NCBI GenBank assembly: GCA_018830645.1
Contig: JAHJSA010000050.1
Coordinates: 45,676 to 109,675, forward strand
Direction of reading: 5' to 3'
Source of the DNA: Actinomycetota bacterium
GTDB lineage: Bacteria; Actinomycetota; Thermoleophilia; RBG-16-64-13
Length of the DNA: 64,000 nucleotides
Shown here: piece after piece, positions 1-9,598 of the stretch
Numbering within the stretch: position 1 is the stretch's first letter
How the letters are laid out: each line of letters begins with the position of its first letter
Translations under genes and position numbers: made by a program
Notes under the pieces: model-generated
Told to the model about the DNA's origin: nothing
The model's database searches: none
Seen by the model: the letters and a program-made list of their open reading frames with translations, nothing else

Positions 1-2
1 GG

Positions 3-317
3 CGGGATCCCGACTCCGAAGATCGCCACGTGCTCATCAATCCTCGCATCGTCGAACGCTCCAAGAGCACCGTGACGGCTGAGGAGGGGTGCCTTTCCGT
101 ACCCGGCCACCTGATGGAGGTCACAAGGGCGGAGCGTGTGGTGGTGGAGGGGGTCGGCATGGACGGACGCGCAGTCGCGGTCGAGGCCGTGGGGCTCCTG
201 GCGCGGATCATGCAGCACGAGATCGACCACCTCGAAGGCCATCTGATCCTCGACCGAACGTCTCCGGATGAGCGTCGCCGGGTGCTCAAGGACATCCGCC
301 AGACTCTCGACCCGTGA
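3..317 (+). CDS. def: Peptide deformylase (5'-truncated by window edge)
   Basis: EGCLS and QHEIDHL motifs; frame open to the window start; precedes fmt. Confidence 0.95.
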   Translation, partial: RDPDSEDRHVLINPRIVERSKSTVTAEEGCLSVPGHLMEVTRAERVVVEGVGMDGRAVAVEAVGLLARIMQHEIDHLEGHLILDRTSPDERRRVLKDIRQTLDP

Positions 318-1348
318 GGTACGCGTTCGCCGGCACTCCGGACTTCGGAGCTCTGGTACTGGAGGGTCTCTTGGCTTGGGCGAGCCCGGTGCTCGTCGTC
401 TCTCAACCGGCCCGGCCCTTCGGGCGGGGCCGGAAGCCCACCTCGTCCGCAGTCGCCGCTCTGGCACGCGCGAACCACCTGCCGCTCCTCGAGACGGCGG
501 ACATCAACCTTCCCGAGTCGGTCGAAGCGATTCTCGATTCGCGGGCCGATGCTCTGGTGGTGGTGGCGTTCGGCCAGATTCTGAGACCACACCTTCTCGC
601 CACCCTCGAGTGCATCAATGTCCACGCCTCGCTCCTTCCCTCATACCGCGGCGCCGCCCCCATCCAGCGAGCCCTCATGGATGGCGCCGACCAGACCGGG
701 GTCTGCATCATCAAGATGACGGATGGCCTGGATGAGGGCCCGGTCGGCGCGACAACGGCGCTGTCCCTGGGACTGTGGGACGATGCGGGCACGGTGGGGA
801 GAGCGCTGGCCCTGAGGGGGGCGCAGGCGACGGCGCACGTGCTCGACGCGATATCCCGCGGTGACCAGACCTGGGTCGAGCAGCAGGGGCCCTCGAGCTA
901 TGCCGCGAAGCTCACGGCCGGCGACCGGGAACTCGATGTGACCGCACCCGCACGAGTCGTACATGATCGAGTCCGGGCGCTCCACCCCGGCCCGGGAGCC
1001 GTACTCCGATCGGGCGACCTCGAACTGAAGATCTGGCGCACGTGGCCGCGGGACGCTTCCGAAGACGTGACCGTGTGCGACCGGCCGGGAGCCATCGGGG
1101 AATCGGGTGGTCGCCTGTTCGTCGGTTGCGGCCTGGGCTGTCTGGAGATACTGGAACTCCAGGCGAGTGGGAAGAACAGGGTGGCGGCGGCGGAGTTCTT
1201 GCGCGGCTACGGCTCCCGGCTCCGCGACATCGTGTGGGACCGCGGCGTCGTGTGGGACCGCGGCGTCGTGGCGGAAGGCGACATCGAGTCGGATCGCGCC
1301 GGCGGGCTCGGCGAAGGGCGAGGAGGCGGACACAATGGCGATACCTGA
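314..1348 (+). CDS. fmt: Methionyl-tRNA formyltransferase
   Basis: FAGTPDF N-terminus, VVSQPARP, INVHASLLPSYRGAAPIQ signature. Confidence 0.96.
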   Translation: MRYAFAGTPDFGALVLEGLLAWASPVLVVSQPARPFGRGRKPTSSAVAALARANHLPLLETADINLPESVEAILDSRADALVVVAFGQILRPHLLATLECINVHASLLPSYRGAAPIQRALMDGADQTGVCIIKMTDGLDEGPVGATTALSLGLWDDAGTVGRALALRGAQATAHVLDAISRGDQTWVEQQGPSSYAAKLTAGDRELDVTAPARVVHDRVRALHPGPGAVLRSGDLELKIWRTWPRDASEDVTVCDRPGAIGESGGRLFVGCGLGCLEILELQASGKNRVAAAEFLRGYGSRLRDIVWDRGVVWDRGVVAEGDIESDRAGGLGEGRGGGHNGDT

Positions 1349-2039
1349 GTCCCTGCTGCGCACCAGATCTCTGGCGCCGTCGATCCTATCGGCCGACTTC
1401 TCGGCGCTCGGTCATCACGTGCAGGGTGTACTCGATGCCGGGGTGCGGCTCGTGCACTTCGATGTGATGGACGGCCATTTCGTTCCGAACCTCACCATCG
1501 GTCCAGCCGTGGTGGCGTCTTTGGCTCCGTTGGTGCACCGGTCGGGCGCGTACGTCGATGCGCACCTGATGGTGGAACAGCCGGACTTGTTCCTCGAACC
1601 CTTCGTCGCGGCCGGGGCGGATGCCCTGAGCGTTCACGTGGAGACAGGGCCCAACCTCCATCGCACCCTTGCCCGCATCAGAGAGCTCGGAGCCTCGCCC
1701 GGAGTGGTGGTCAACCCGGCCACACCACTGGTTGCCATAGAGGAAGCCATGCTGTTCGTGGACTACGTGCTGCTGATGAGCGTCAACCCAGGGTTCGGTG
1801 GCCAGGAGTTCATAGCGGAGACGGTCGACAAGGTGAGACGCCTCAGGGAGATGCTGCCTCCGCGGGTGGCTATCGAGGTCGATGGTGGAGTGGGGCGCGA
1901 GAACGCCCGACGTCTGGCGGAAGCGGGAGCCGATTGGCTGGTGGCCGGATCGGCCGTCTTCGGCGAGGGAGACCCCGGCGTGGCTGCCGGAGTCCTGCAG
2001 GAGATCATCTCGTCTAGCGCCGCACCTGAGCGCCGCTAG
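1335..2039 (+). CDS. rpe: Ribulose-phosphate 3-epimerase
   Basis: APSILSADF, HFDVMDGHFVPNLT, MSVNPGFGGQ, EVDGG; AGGAGG at 1321 precedes ATG 1335. Confidence 0.96.
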   Translation: MAIPESLLRTRSLAPSILSADFSALGHHVQGVLDAGVRLVHFDVMDGHFVPNLTIGPAVVASLAPLVHRSGAYVDAHLMVEQPDLFLEPFVAAGADALSVHVETGPNLHRTLARIRELGASPGVVVNPATPLVAIEEAMLFVDYVLLMSVNPGFGGQEFIAETVDKVRRLREMLPPRVAIEVDGGVGRENARRLAEAGADWLVAGSAVFGEGDPGVAAGVLQEIISSSAAPERR

Positions 2040-2126
2040 ACGACCGACCCCGGTTGGGCATGCGCCGCCCCGACGCGCCCGGGTCTGCTCGTTGCCTCAC
2101 GCACGAGTGTACTCTAGCTCGGTCTG

Positions 2127-2156
2127 TTGCCCGCCGCGGCGGCGCTGTGGTACATT
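2127..2156 (+). promoter_or_regulatory. Sigma-A-type promoter of the rib operon
   Basis: TTGCCC-N18-TACATT with an extended TG, just upstream of the FMN aptamer. Confidence 0.55.
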
Positions 2157-2186
2157 CCCCGATGTCTGCGTGAGCAGATCAAAGAA

Positions 2187-2300
2187 ACGGTCTTCAGGGA
2201 CGGGTGAGATTCCCTACCGGCGGTGACAGCCCGCGAGCCCCACGGGGCCGACCAGGTGCGATTCCTGGGCCGACAGTGAAAGTCTGGATGGAAGAAGGCC
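2187..2300 (+). ncRNA. FMN riboswitch (RFN element)
   Basis: Conserved blocks TCTTCAGGGACGGGTGAGATTCCCTACCGGCGGT...AGCCCGCGAGC...GACCAGGTGCGATTCCTGGGCCGACAGTGAAAGTCTGGATGGAAGAAG, directly upstream of riboflavin genes. Confidence 0.96.
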
Positions 2301-2329
2301 GGCGCGCTTGGGTGCGCCACCCACCCCTG

Positions 2330-2358
2330 AGGCCCCGTGCGCGTGGGGTTCTTTTTTG
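2330..2358 (+). terminator. Riboswitch terminator/sequester hairpin
   Basis: GGCCCCGTGC...GTGGGGTT stem followed by CTTTTTT. Confidence 0.7.
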
Positions 2359-3492
2359 ACTCTGAACAAGAGCGACAGGCATTTTCTCGAACGCGCGATG
2401 GCGCTGGCCGAGCGCGGCCGCGGCCTCACTTCTCCGAACCCGCTCGTGGGTGCTGTCGTCGTACGGGAGGGGCGCGTGGTGGGCGAAGGCTTCCATGCCG
2501 CGGCGGGACAGGACCACGCCGAGATCGTCGCCATGAAGGACGCGGCGGGCGGCCTGACCCACGGCGCTTTGACCGGGGCCACCGTATACGTGACGTTGGA
2601 GCCGTGCTCTCATCACGGGCGCACTCCACCCTGTGCCGAAGCCCTGATCGACGCGGGTGTCGCTCGGGTCGTGGTCGCGGCCGACGATCCGTCTGCCTGG
2701 GTCCACGGCCAAGGATTGGCGCGCTTGCGGGACGCGGGGCTCACCGTGGATGTGGCCACCGGAGATCTGAACTATCGGGCGCGCCGCCAGAACGACCCGT
2801 TCCGAAAGCACGTCACCGAGGGATTGCCTTTCGTAACGTATAAGTACGCCATGACCCTCGACGGACGGGTCGCCACGGAGAGCGGGGATTCTCGGTGGAT
2901 CTCCGGCGAGGACAGCCGGCGCCGCGTACACGAGTTGAGGGCGGAGTCGGACGCCGTGGTCGTGGGAGCGGGCACCTTGCGCAGAGATGACCCCCAACTG
3001 ACGGCCCGCGAAGTCGCGGTACACTCTCAACCCCTGCGGGTGATCATCGACTCGAATCTCGGGATTGTGCAGGGTTCCGCATTGCTTCGTACCGCATCCG
3101 AGGGCCCGGTACTGCTCCTGTGTGCCGAAGGAGTCGAAGCCTCCCGACGATCCGAAGTGACGGCCTGGGGGGCCGAGGTCGTCGCGGTACCATCCGGAGC
3201 CGACGGTAGACCCGTACCGCACGAGGTCGCGCGACTGCTTGCCGCGCGGGACGTGCAGAGCGTATTCATGGAAGGCGGCCCTCGCCTCGCGGCCGCCTGG
3301 TGGGACGCGGGTCTCGTCGACAAGGTCGTGGCCTTTGTGGCTCCCGTTCTCGCCGGCGGCGTCGCCGCTCCAGGACCTCTGCCTTCGGTGGGATACCCGC
3401 ACATGGACGCGGCCCTCCGGCTTCGGGATGTGGAGATGCTTCCCAGCGGAGTAGATGTGTGCGTCACCGGGTACGTCAGGGAGCCGTACTGA
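2356..3492 (+). CDS. ribD: Bifunctional riboflavin deaminase/reductase RibD
   Basis: PNPLVGAV, HAE, TLEPCSHHGRTPPC, KYAMTLDG, EGG motifs; TTG start at 2356 inferred. Confidence 0.96.
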   Translation: MTLNKSDRHFLERAMALAERGRGLTSPNPLVGAVVVREGRVVGEGFHAAAGQDHAEIVAMKDAAGGLTHGALTGATVYVTLEPCSHHGRTPPCAEALIDAGVARVVVAADDPSAWVHGQGLARLRDAGLTVDVATGDLNYRARRQNDPFRKHVTEGLPFVTYKYAMTLDGRVATESGDSRWISGEDSRRRVHELRAESDAVVVGAGTLRRDDPQLTAREVAVHSQPLRVIIDSNLGIVQGSALLRTASEGPVLLLCAEGVEASRRSEVTAWGAEVVAVPSGADGRPVPHEVARLLAARDVQSVFMEGGPRLAAAWWDAGLVDKVVAFVAPVLAGGVAAPGPLPSVGYPHMDAALRLRDVEMLPSGVDVCVTGYVREPY

Positions 3493-4151
3493 TGTTCACC
3501 GGTCTGATCGAGGAAGTGGGGAGCGTGCTCCGAGTCGAGAAGCGCGCCCAAGGCGCTCACCTCTACATCGGGGCGCAGAAGGTCACGCAGGGCACGCGAT
3601 TGGGCGATTCCATCGCAGTCGACGGCGCGTGCCTGACCGTGGTGCACGCCGCCGCGAGCCAGTTCGCAGTCGATTGCATGGCCGAAACGCTGGCCACCAC
3701 GACGCTTGGTGAGCTACGGCCCGGTGCCGCGGTCAACCTCGAACGTGCGATGGCTCTTGGCGACCGGCTCGGCGGGCATCTCGTCCTCGGCCACGTGGAT
3801 GGTGTGGGGGAGGTCGTCTCGGTGCGCGAGCAGGGCATCGCGCGACACCTGCGGGTGGCATTCCCCGTGGAACTGGGAGCGTATCTGGCTCCCAAGGGCT
3901 CAGTCGCCATCCACGGTATCTCACTCACCGTCATCGAGGTGGAAGGGTCTGAGTTCGGCGTGGGAGTGATCCCGCACACGCTGAAAGAGACCACCTTGCG
4001 GGATGTGCGGGTGGGCCGCCGGGTCAATCTTGAAGCCGACGTCCTGGCGAGGTATGTGCGGCAGGCTCTGCTCGGAGGCGGCCGGCACAGGAGCGCCCAC
4101 CCCGGAGGTATGAGCTTCGAAGCGCTCAGGGAGGCGGGCCTCCTTGACTGA
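3492..4151 (+). CDS. ribE: Riboflavin synthase alpha chain
   Basis: MFTGLIEE N-terminus, GDSIAVDGACLT, GGHLVLGHVD. Confidence 0.96.
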   Translation: MFTGLIEEVGSVLRVEKRAQGAHLYIGAQKVTQGTRLGDSIAVDGACLTVVHAAASQFAVDCMAETLATTTLGELRPGAAVNLERAMALGDRLGGHLVLGHVDGVGEVVSVREQGIARHLRVAFPVELGAYLAPKGSVAIHGISLTVIEVEGSEFGVGVIPHTLKETTLRDVRVGRRVNLEADVLARYVRQALLGGGRHRSAHPGGMSFEALREAGLLD

Positions 4152-4199
4152 TACGAACCTGCGGGCGGAGATCCCGCTCGCTATGGAAGGAGAACCGAC

Positions 4200-5451
4200 A
4201 TGACGGATGGAACCCCGTTCGCCACAGTCGAGGAGGCGCTCGACGAGATCAAGGCGGGTCGCATGGTGGTGGTGGTGGACGACGAGGATCGCGAGAACGA
4301 GGGTGACCTCACGATGGCCGCTCAGTTCGTGACGCCCGACGCGATCAACTTCATGGCCACCTACGGCCGTGGCCTGATCTGCCTCGCCCTGACCCCGCAG
4401 AGAGCGGACAAGCTGAATCTGCACCCCATGACCCGGCAGAATCAATCCCGCTTCGAGACCGCGTTCACCGTCTCTATCGAGGCAAGAGAGGGCGTCACCA
4501 CGGGCATCTCGGCCGCCGATCGTGCGCGTACCGTGCAGGTGGCCATCGATCCCCGCAGCGGGCCCGAAGACTTGGTGCAACCCGGACACGTCTTCCCACT
4601 GCGCGCCCGCGCGGGCGGGGTGCTCGAGCGCTCGGGCCAGACCGAGGCCGCGGTCGACCTCTCGCGCATGGCGGGCCTCAACCCAGCCGGCGTCATCTGC
4701 GAGATCATGAACGACGACGGCACGATGGCCCGGGTGCCCGATCTGATCCCCTATTGCGAACGTCACGGTATCAAGCTGGTCACCGTAGCCGATCTCATCG
4801 AATACCGTCGGCGCACCGAACAACTCGTGGTTCGTGGAGCGGTCGCCCAGCTGCCCACGCGGTGGGGCACCTTCACAGCCTACGGTTACGAAAGCCTTCT
4901 CGACAAGGAGCAGCACCTGGCGGTCGTGAAGGGGGATGTCGCGGGCAAAGAGAACGTCTTGGTGCGCGTGCACTCCGAGTGTCTCACCGGCGATGTGCTC
5001 GGCTCTCTGCGCTGCGATTGCGGCGAGCAACTCGCGGCCGCGATGGAGGCCATCGAGCGCGAGGGGTCGGGCGTACTCGTCTACATGGCCCAGGAAGGCC
5101 GTGGCATCGGCCTTCTGAACAAGCTTCGTGCGTACCGGTTGCAGGAACAAGGGCGCGACACGGTGGAGGCGAACGTAGAACTCGGGTTCGCGGCCGACCT
5201 ACGCGATTACGGCATCGGCGCCCAGATACTCGTCGACCTTGGTTTGACGACGATCCGTCTCATGACCAACAACCCACGTAAGCTCGTGGGTCTTGACGGG
5301 TACGGGCTCACGGTCGTGGGGAGAGTGCCGCTCGAGATACCTCCGCGCGACGAGAACCTCGCGTATCTGCAGGCCAAGGCCGACAAGATGGGCCACATAC
5401 TGCATCACCAGGGACTACGGCTCGAAGATATCCACGTGGAGGGAGAGACAG

Positions 5452-5459
<8 letters not shown>
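4200..5459 (+). CDS. ribBA: DHBP synthase / GTP cyclohydrolase II
   Basis: [44 protein letters not shown]. Confidence 0.97.
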
Positions 5460-5949
<490 letters not shown>

Positions 5950-6002
5950 GGGAGGCTCCAGAGGACCCCGTACTCGGGAAGGCCCGGGAGAGAGCAAGAG
6001 AA

Positions 6003-6032
6003 GCGGCCGGGGGACGAAGACCCCGCCGGCCG
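6003..6032 (-). terminator. Hairpin terminator between convergent ribH and rpmB
   Basis: GCGGCCGG...CCGGCCGC inverted repeat, followed on - by pyrimidine-rich TTCTCTTG. Confidence 0.6.
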
Positions 6033-6035
6033 CCG

Positions 6036-6091
6036 TCAGCGACTCAGCGACTCACGACTCAGTGACTCACGACTCAGCGACTCAGAGAATC
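6036..6091. repeat. Short tandem array of 7-8 bp GACTCA(G)(C/T) units
   Basis: GACTC at 6041, 6049, 6056, 6064, 6071, 6079 and GAATC at 6087. Confidence 0.9.
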
Positions 6092-6281
6092 AGAGGACCT
6101 TCTGCACCTTGTGGGCCTTCAGACACTTCGTGCATACGTACGCCCGGGTCGGCTTGCCTTTGAGTAAGACATGCACCCGCTGCACGTTCACATTCCAGCG
6201 GCGCTTCGTCGCCCGCATGGAATGGCTCCGGTTGTTACCGAAACCTGGGGTCTTGCCGCACACTGCACAGATCCTCGACAT
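6090..6281 (-). CDS. rpmB: 50S ribosomal protein L28 (zinc-binding form)
   Basis: [10 protein letters not shown]...GNNRSHS...[10 protein letters not shown]...VCTKCLK; GAGG upstream. Confidence 0.96.
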   Translation of the reverse strand: MSRICAVCGKTPGFGNNRSHSMRATKRRWNVNVQRVHVLLKGKPTRAYVCTKCLKAHKVQKVL

Positions 6282-6443
6282 CGTATCCTCACCCTTCTCC
6301 GGGGTAGCGCGCTCTCTGGGACGGCATAGTATCCCCGGCGAAGCCCCCGTTGACAACCCCGCCGTCATTCGATGACCTTCGGGGCATTCTCCTGCCGTGA
6401 TATACAATGAGCACACCACATCGAACGATCAACGAGGGAGGGT

Positions 6444-6659
6444 ATGGCGACCTTCACCAAAGACATGGCGATACTGGATGCACTCCAGGCGGATCCGCGG
6501 GCGAGGGACGTCTTCACCGCCCACGGCCTTGCCTGCATAGGTTGCATGGGTGCGATGATGGAGTCGATCGAGGACGGTGCGCGCATGCACGGCCTCGACC
6601 CGCAATCGATCCTGCGTGATCTGAACGCCTTGGTGCCCCTTCCGGCCTCCGCGGACTAG
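6444..6659 (+). CDS. DUF1858-like small CxxC protein
   Basis: TKDMAI...F..HGLACIGC....ESIEDGARMHG pattern; GGGAGGG RBS; TACAAT at 6403. Confidence 0.8.
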   Translation: MATFTKDMAILDALQADPRARDVFTAHGLACIGCMGAMMESIEDGARMHGLDPQSILRDLNALVPLPASAD

Positions 6660-6670
6660 GGGACGACGCC

Positions 6671-7048
6671 ATGGATGAGCCGGACGTGGTCGCCGGAACC
6701 GAGCCCACGAAGATCCCGGGGCAGGTGGTGGTGACAGACAAGGCGATCGCCGACATCGTCGGTTGGACCGTTCTCGAATGCTACGGCGTCGTCGGGATGG
6801 CCGCGCCGAACCTCGCCCGGGGAGTCGGCTCCCTCCTCACCAGGGACAAGCTCCATCAGGGCATCCGCGTGGCTCAAGATGACGCTCGTATCCACATCGA
6901 TCTCTACGTCATCGTCGAATACGGGCTGAATGTTGCTGAGGTCGCCGGGAACGTACGGTCCCAGGTGGCGTACAACGTCAAGAGGGCGACGGGCCGTCCG
7001 GTCACCGACCTCCACATCCATGTGCAGGGAGTCAGGGTTGGAAGCTGA
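6671..7048 (+). CDS. Asp23/Gls24 family protein (YloU-like)
   Basis: ECYGVVGMA, IDLYVIVEYG, IHVQGVRV; typical position before DAK2 gene. Confidence 0.9.
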   Translation: MDEPDVVAGTEPTKIPGQVVVTDKAIADIVGWTVLECYGVVGMAAPNLARGVGSLLTRDKLHQGIRVAQDDARIHIDLYVIVEYGLNVAEVAGNVRSQVAYNVKRATGRPVTDLHIHVQGVRVGS

Positions 7049-8672
7049 CTCGAGGCTCAGAGCGGTCACGACGGCCAACGCCCGCGCCCTGGTGGGTGCC
7101 TGCCATCGAGCCATCGAAGCCCGGAAGCAACAGGTGAACGATCTCAACGTGTACCCCGTCCCCGACGGCGACACGGGCACGAACCTTCTGCTCAGCGTGA
7201 GGGCCGTGGTCGCGGATCTTGCGAACGCCGACGATACCCTGCCGCGTCAGGCTGTATGCGACGTGGTCACGAACGCCGCGCTCATGGGAGCCCGCGGCAA
7301 CAGCGGTGTGATCCTCTCGCAGATCGTGAGGGGCGCGATGGAGGCCTTGGCCGAGATGGAGATGGTCTCGGCGGCGGGAGTCGTCAAGATCCTCAGACGC
7401 GCCACCGACACTGCCTACCGGGCGGTGAGGAAGCCGGTGGAGGGCACCATCCTCACGGTGTTGCGCGAGATGACCGAGGCCGCCGAGGCCGCCCCGGAGA
7501 CCATAGGCCTCCCGGAACTGCTGGCACTGATCGTACATACGGGCTGGAAGAGCGTGGAGAGGACGCCCACTCTGCTCAAGGTGCTGGCGGACGCGGGCGT
7601 GGTGGATGCGGGTGGATATGGCCTCATGGTCATGATTGAGGGCATGGTCGGAGGCGAAACGGGGGAGGAGGGCGCCGCCGCGGACGCGCTCTTCAGCATC
7701 CCCGGCATCGCTGAGAGCACAGCCGACGAACACGGCGACAGCATCTATACTTACTGCACCACCTTCCTTCTCAAGGGTGTCGCCCTCGACGGCCCCGAGC
7801 TCGAGAGACAGCTCGATCCTCTCGGGGACAGCCTGCTTGTGGTCGGCACCGACCGACAGCTCAAGATACACGTACACACCGATGAGCCGGGCGTGGTCCT
7901 GGGGTTGGCGACCGCGCGCGGAGTGCTGCTGCAGGTCGCGATCGACAATATGAAGATCCAGACCGCCGAGAGGGACGCCCGGCTCGCCGCCCCCTCGCTC
8001 CGCCCTGCCACAGTGGGGAAGACGCAAGTGGTGGCGGTGGTCGCGGGCGCGGGCATGCGCGAGCTCTTCCAGAGTCTTGGCGCGGGCCCGTTCGTCGAAG
8101 GGGGGCAGTCTATGAACCCGTCCGCCGAGGAGATCATGAACGCCGTCGCCGCCGCTCAAGCTCCCGCGGTCCTGATCCTGCCCAACAACAAGAACATCGT
8201 CATGGCCGCCGAGCAGGTAGCCTCTCTTGCCGAGAAGTCGGTGGCTGTGCTCCCCACACACTCGATGCAGGTTGGACTCTCCGCCATGGTGGGCTTCGAC
8301 CCTGAGAACTCGCTCGACGAGAATCTGGCCGAGATGACCGGTATCCTCGAGGAGGTGCTCAGCGGCGAGGTGACTCGGGCGGTGCGCGACTGCGTGGTCG
8401 ATGACGTCGACGTCCGTGAGGGAGCATTCATCGGGCTTGTCGAAGGAAAGCTCGTGGCGAGTGGTGATGATTTCTACGAGGTGGCTCGCGACGTCACAGC
8501 TCGACTCCTCGCGGGGGATCGGGAACTGGTCACGGCGCTCATCGGAGAGGGCGACGGGGCGGATTCCGCGCGCGCGGCGGTCGACCGTCTGCGCGAGGAG
8601 TTCGACTACGCCGAGTTCGAGGCCCACGAGGGTGGGCAGCCTCTGTATCCGCTGCTGTTGGCGGCCGAATAG
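7038..8672 (+). CDS. fakA: DAK2-domain fatty acid kinase catalytic subunit (FakA/YloV-like)
   Basis: NDLNVYPVPDGDTGTN, GARGNSGVILSQ, VVDAGG, KIHVHT, GGQSMNPS; TTG start inferred. Confidence 0.9.
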   Translation: MEADSRLRAVTTANARALVGACHRAIEARKQQVNDLNVYPVPDGDTGTNLLLSVRAVVADLANADDTLPRQAVCDVVTNAALMGARGNSGVILSQIVRGAMEALAEMEMVSAAGVVKILRRATDTAYRAVRKPVEGTILTVLREMTEAAEAAPETIGLPELLALIVHTGWKSVERTPTLLKVLADAGVVDAGGYGLMVMIEGMVGGETGEEGAAADALFSIPGIAESTADEHGDSIYTYCTTFLLKGVALDGPELERQLDPLGDSLLVVGTDRQLKIHVHTDEPGVVLGLATARGVLLQVAIDNMKIQTAERDARLAAPSLRPATVGKTQVVAVVAGAGMRELFQSLGAGPFVEGGQSMNPSAEEIMNAVAAAQAPAVLILPNNKNIVMAAEQVASLAEKSVAVLPTHSMQVGLSAMVGFDPENSLDENLAEMTGILEEVLSGEVTRAVRDCVVDDVDVREGAFIGLVEGKLVASGDDFYEVARDVTARLLAGDRELVTALIGEGDGADSARAAVDRLREEFDYAEFEAHEGGQPLYPLLLAAE

Positions 8673-8725
8673 ACGCGCAGCTCCGTAGCCCGGCATCACG
8701 AATCGAAACCAGGTAAGGGGGAGTC

Positions 8726-9598
8726 ATGGGCATGGTGGATGAGTTCAGATTGGACAGGACGAACACCGCGATAGTCGTGGACTCGACGGCGGACCTCAGT
8801 GCCGGGCTCGCCGCCGATCCGAACCTTTCGATGGTGCCGCTGAACGTTCACTTCGGCGAAACGTCCTATTGCGATTGGGTGGACATCCAACCGACCGAGT
8901 TCTACGCGAGGCTGAAGACCGCCGACGCGTTGCCCACGACCTCTCAGCCGTCTCCGGCCAGGTTCGTGGACGAGTACAAGAGACTCCGCACGCAGTTCGA
9001 ACGCATCTACTCCATCCACCTGAGCTCCAAGCTCAGCGGCACGTTCGAGAGTGCGACGACCGCTCAGCAGGAGTTCACGGGGATCACGGTCATAGACACC
9101 GGAATGGTGAGCCAGTCGGGAGCGTTGCTCGCCCGTCAGCTGCTGGAGATGCTCGACGCGGGCACCTCCCACGACGAGATCATGAGCTACGTCGATCGTT
9201 TCCGAAAAGACTCAGGCAGAGTGTTCATCTTGGACACGCTCGAGTACCTGCAGAAGGGCGGTCGCATCGGCAAGGCCGCCGGTCTCGTGGGCAGCCTGCT
9301 CAGCATGAAGCCGTTGCTCACGTTCAACGAGGGCATCGTGGACACGTACAAGAAGGTGCGAGGTGAGCGCAAGGCCATGGCCGCCATGCAGGAGTACTTC
9401 CTCGAGAAGACCTCACCCGGTGCCCGCGTAGCGGTCGCCATCGCCCACGCCGCCGCGCCCCACAAGGTCGACGAGGTGCTCGACCTCCTCAAACAGACCG
9501 ACCGCGACGTTCACCTGGTGCTGCGGGGAGAAGTCGGCTCCGTGATCGGCACCTACGCCGGTCCCGGGGCAGTGGCCCTCTTCTTCATCGAGGAATGA
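8726..9598 (+). CDS. DegV/FakB fatty-acid-binding protein
   Basis: IVVDSTADL, PTTSQPS, SSKLSGT, LEYLQKGGRIG. Confidence 0.92.
   Translation: MGMVDEFRLDRTNTAIVVDSTADLSAGLAADPNLSMVPLNVHFGETSYCDWVDIQPTEFYARLKTADALPTTSQPSPARFVDEYKRLRTQFERIYSIHLSSKLSGTFESATTAQQEFTGITVIDTGMVSQSGALLARQLLEMLDAGTSHDEIMSYVDRFRKDSGRVFILDTLEYLQKGGRIGKAAGLVGSLLSMKPLLTFNEGIVDTYKKVRGERKAMAAMQEYFLEKTSPGARVAVAIAHAAAPHKVDEVLDLLKQTDRDVHLVLRGEVGSVIGTYAGPGAVALFFIEE

Noticed and set aside
6036-6091. Possible CRISPR array
   Set aside because: Units are 7-8 bp with no unique spacers and there are no cas genes.
6326-6356. Exact -35/-10 pair for rpmB around TTGACA at 6350
   Set aside because: TACTAT is plausible on -, but spacing to a -35 is 18-19 bp and orientation is ambiguous, so it was not called.
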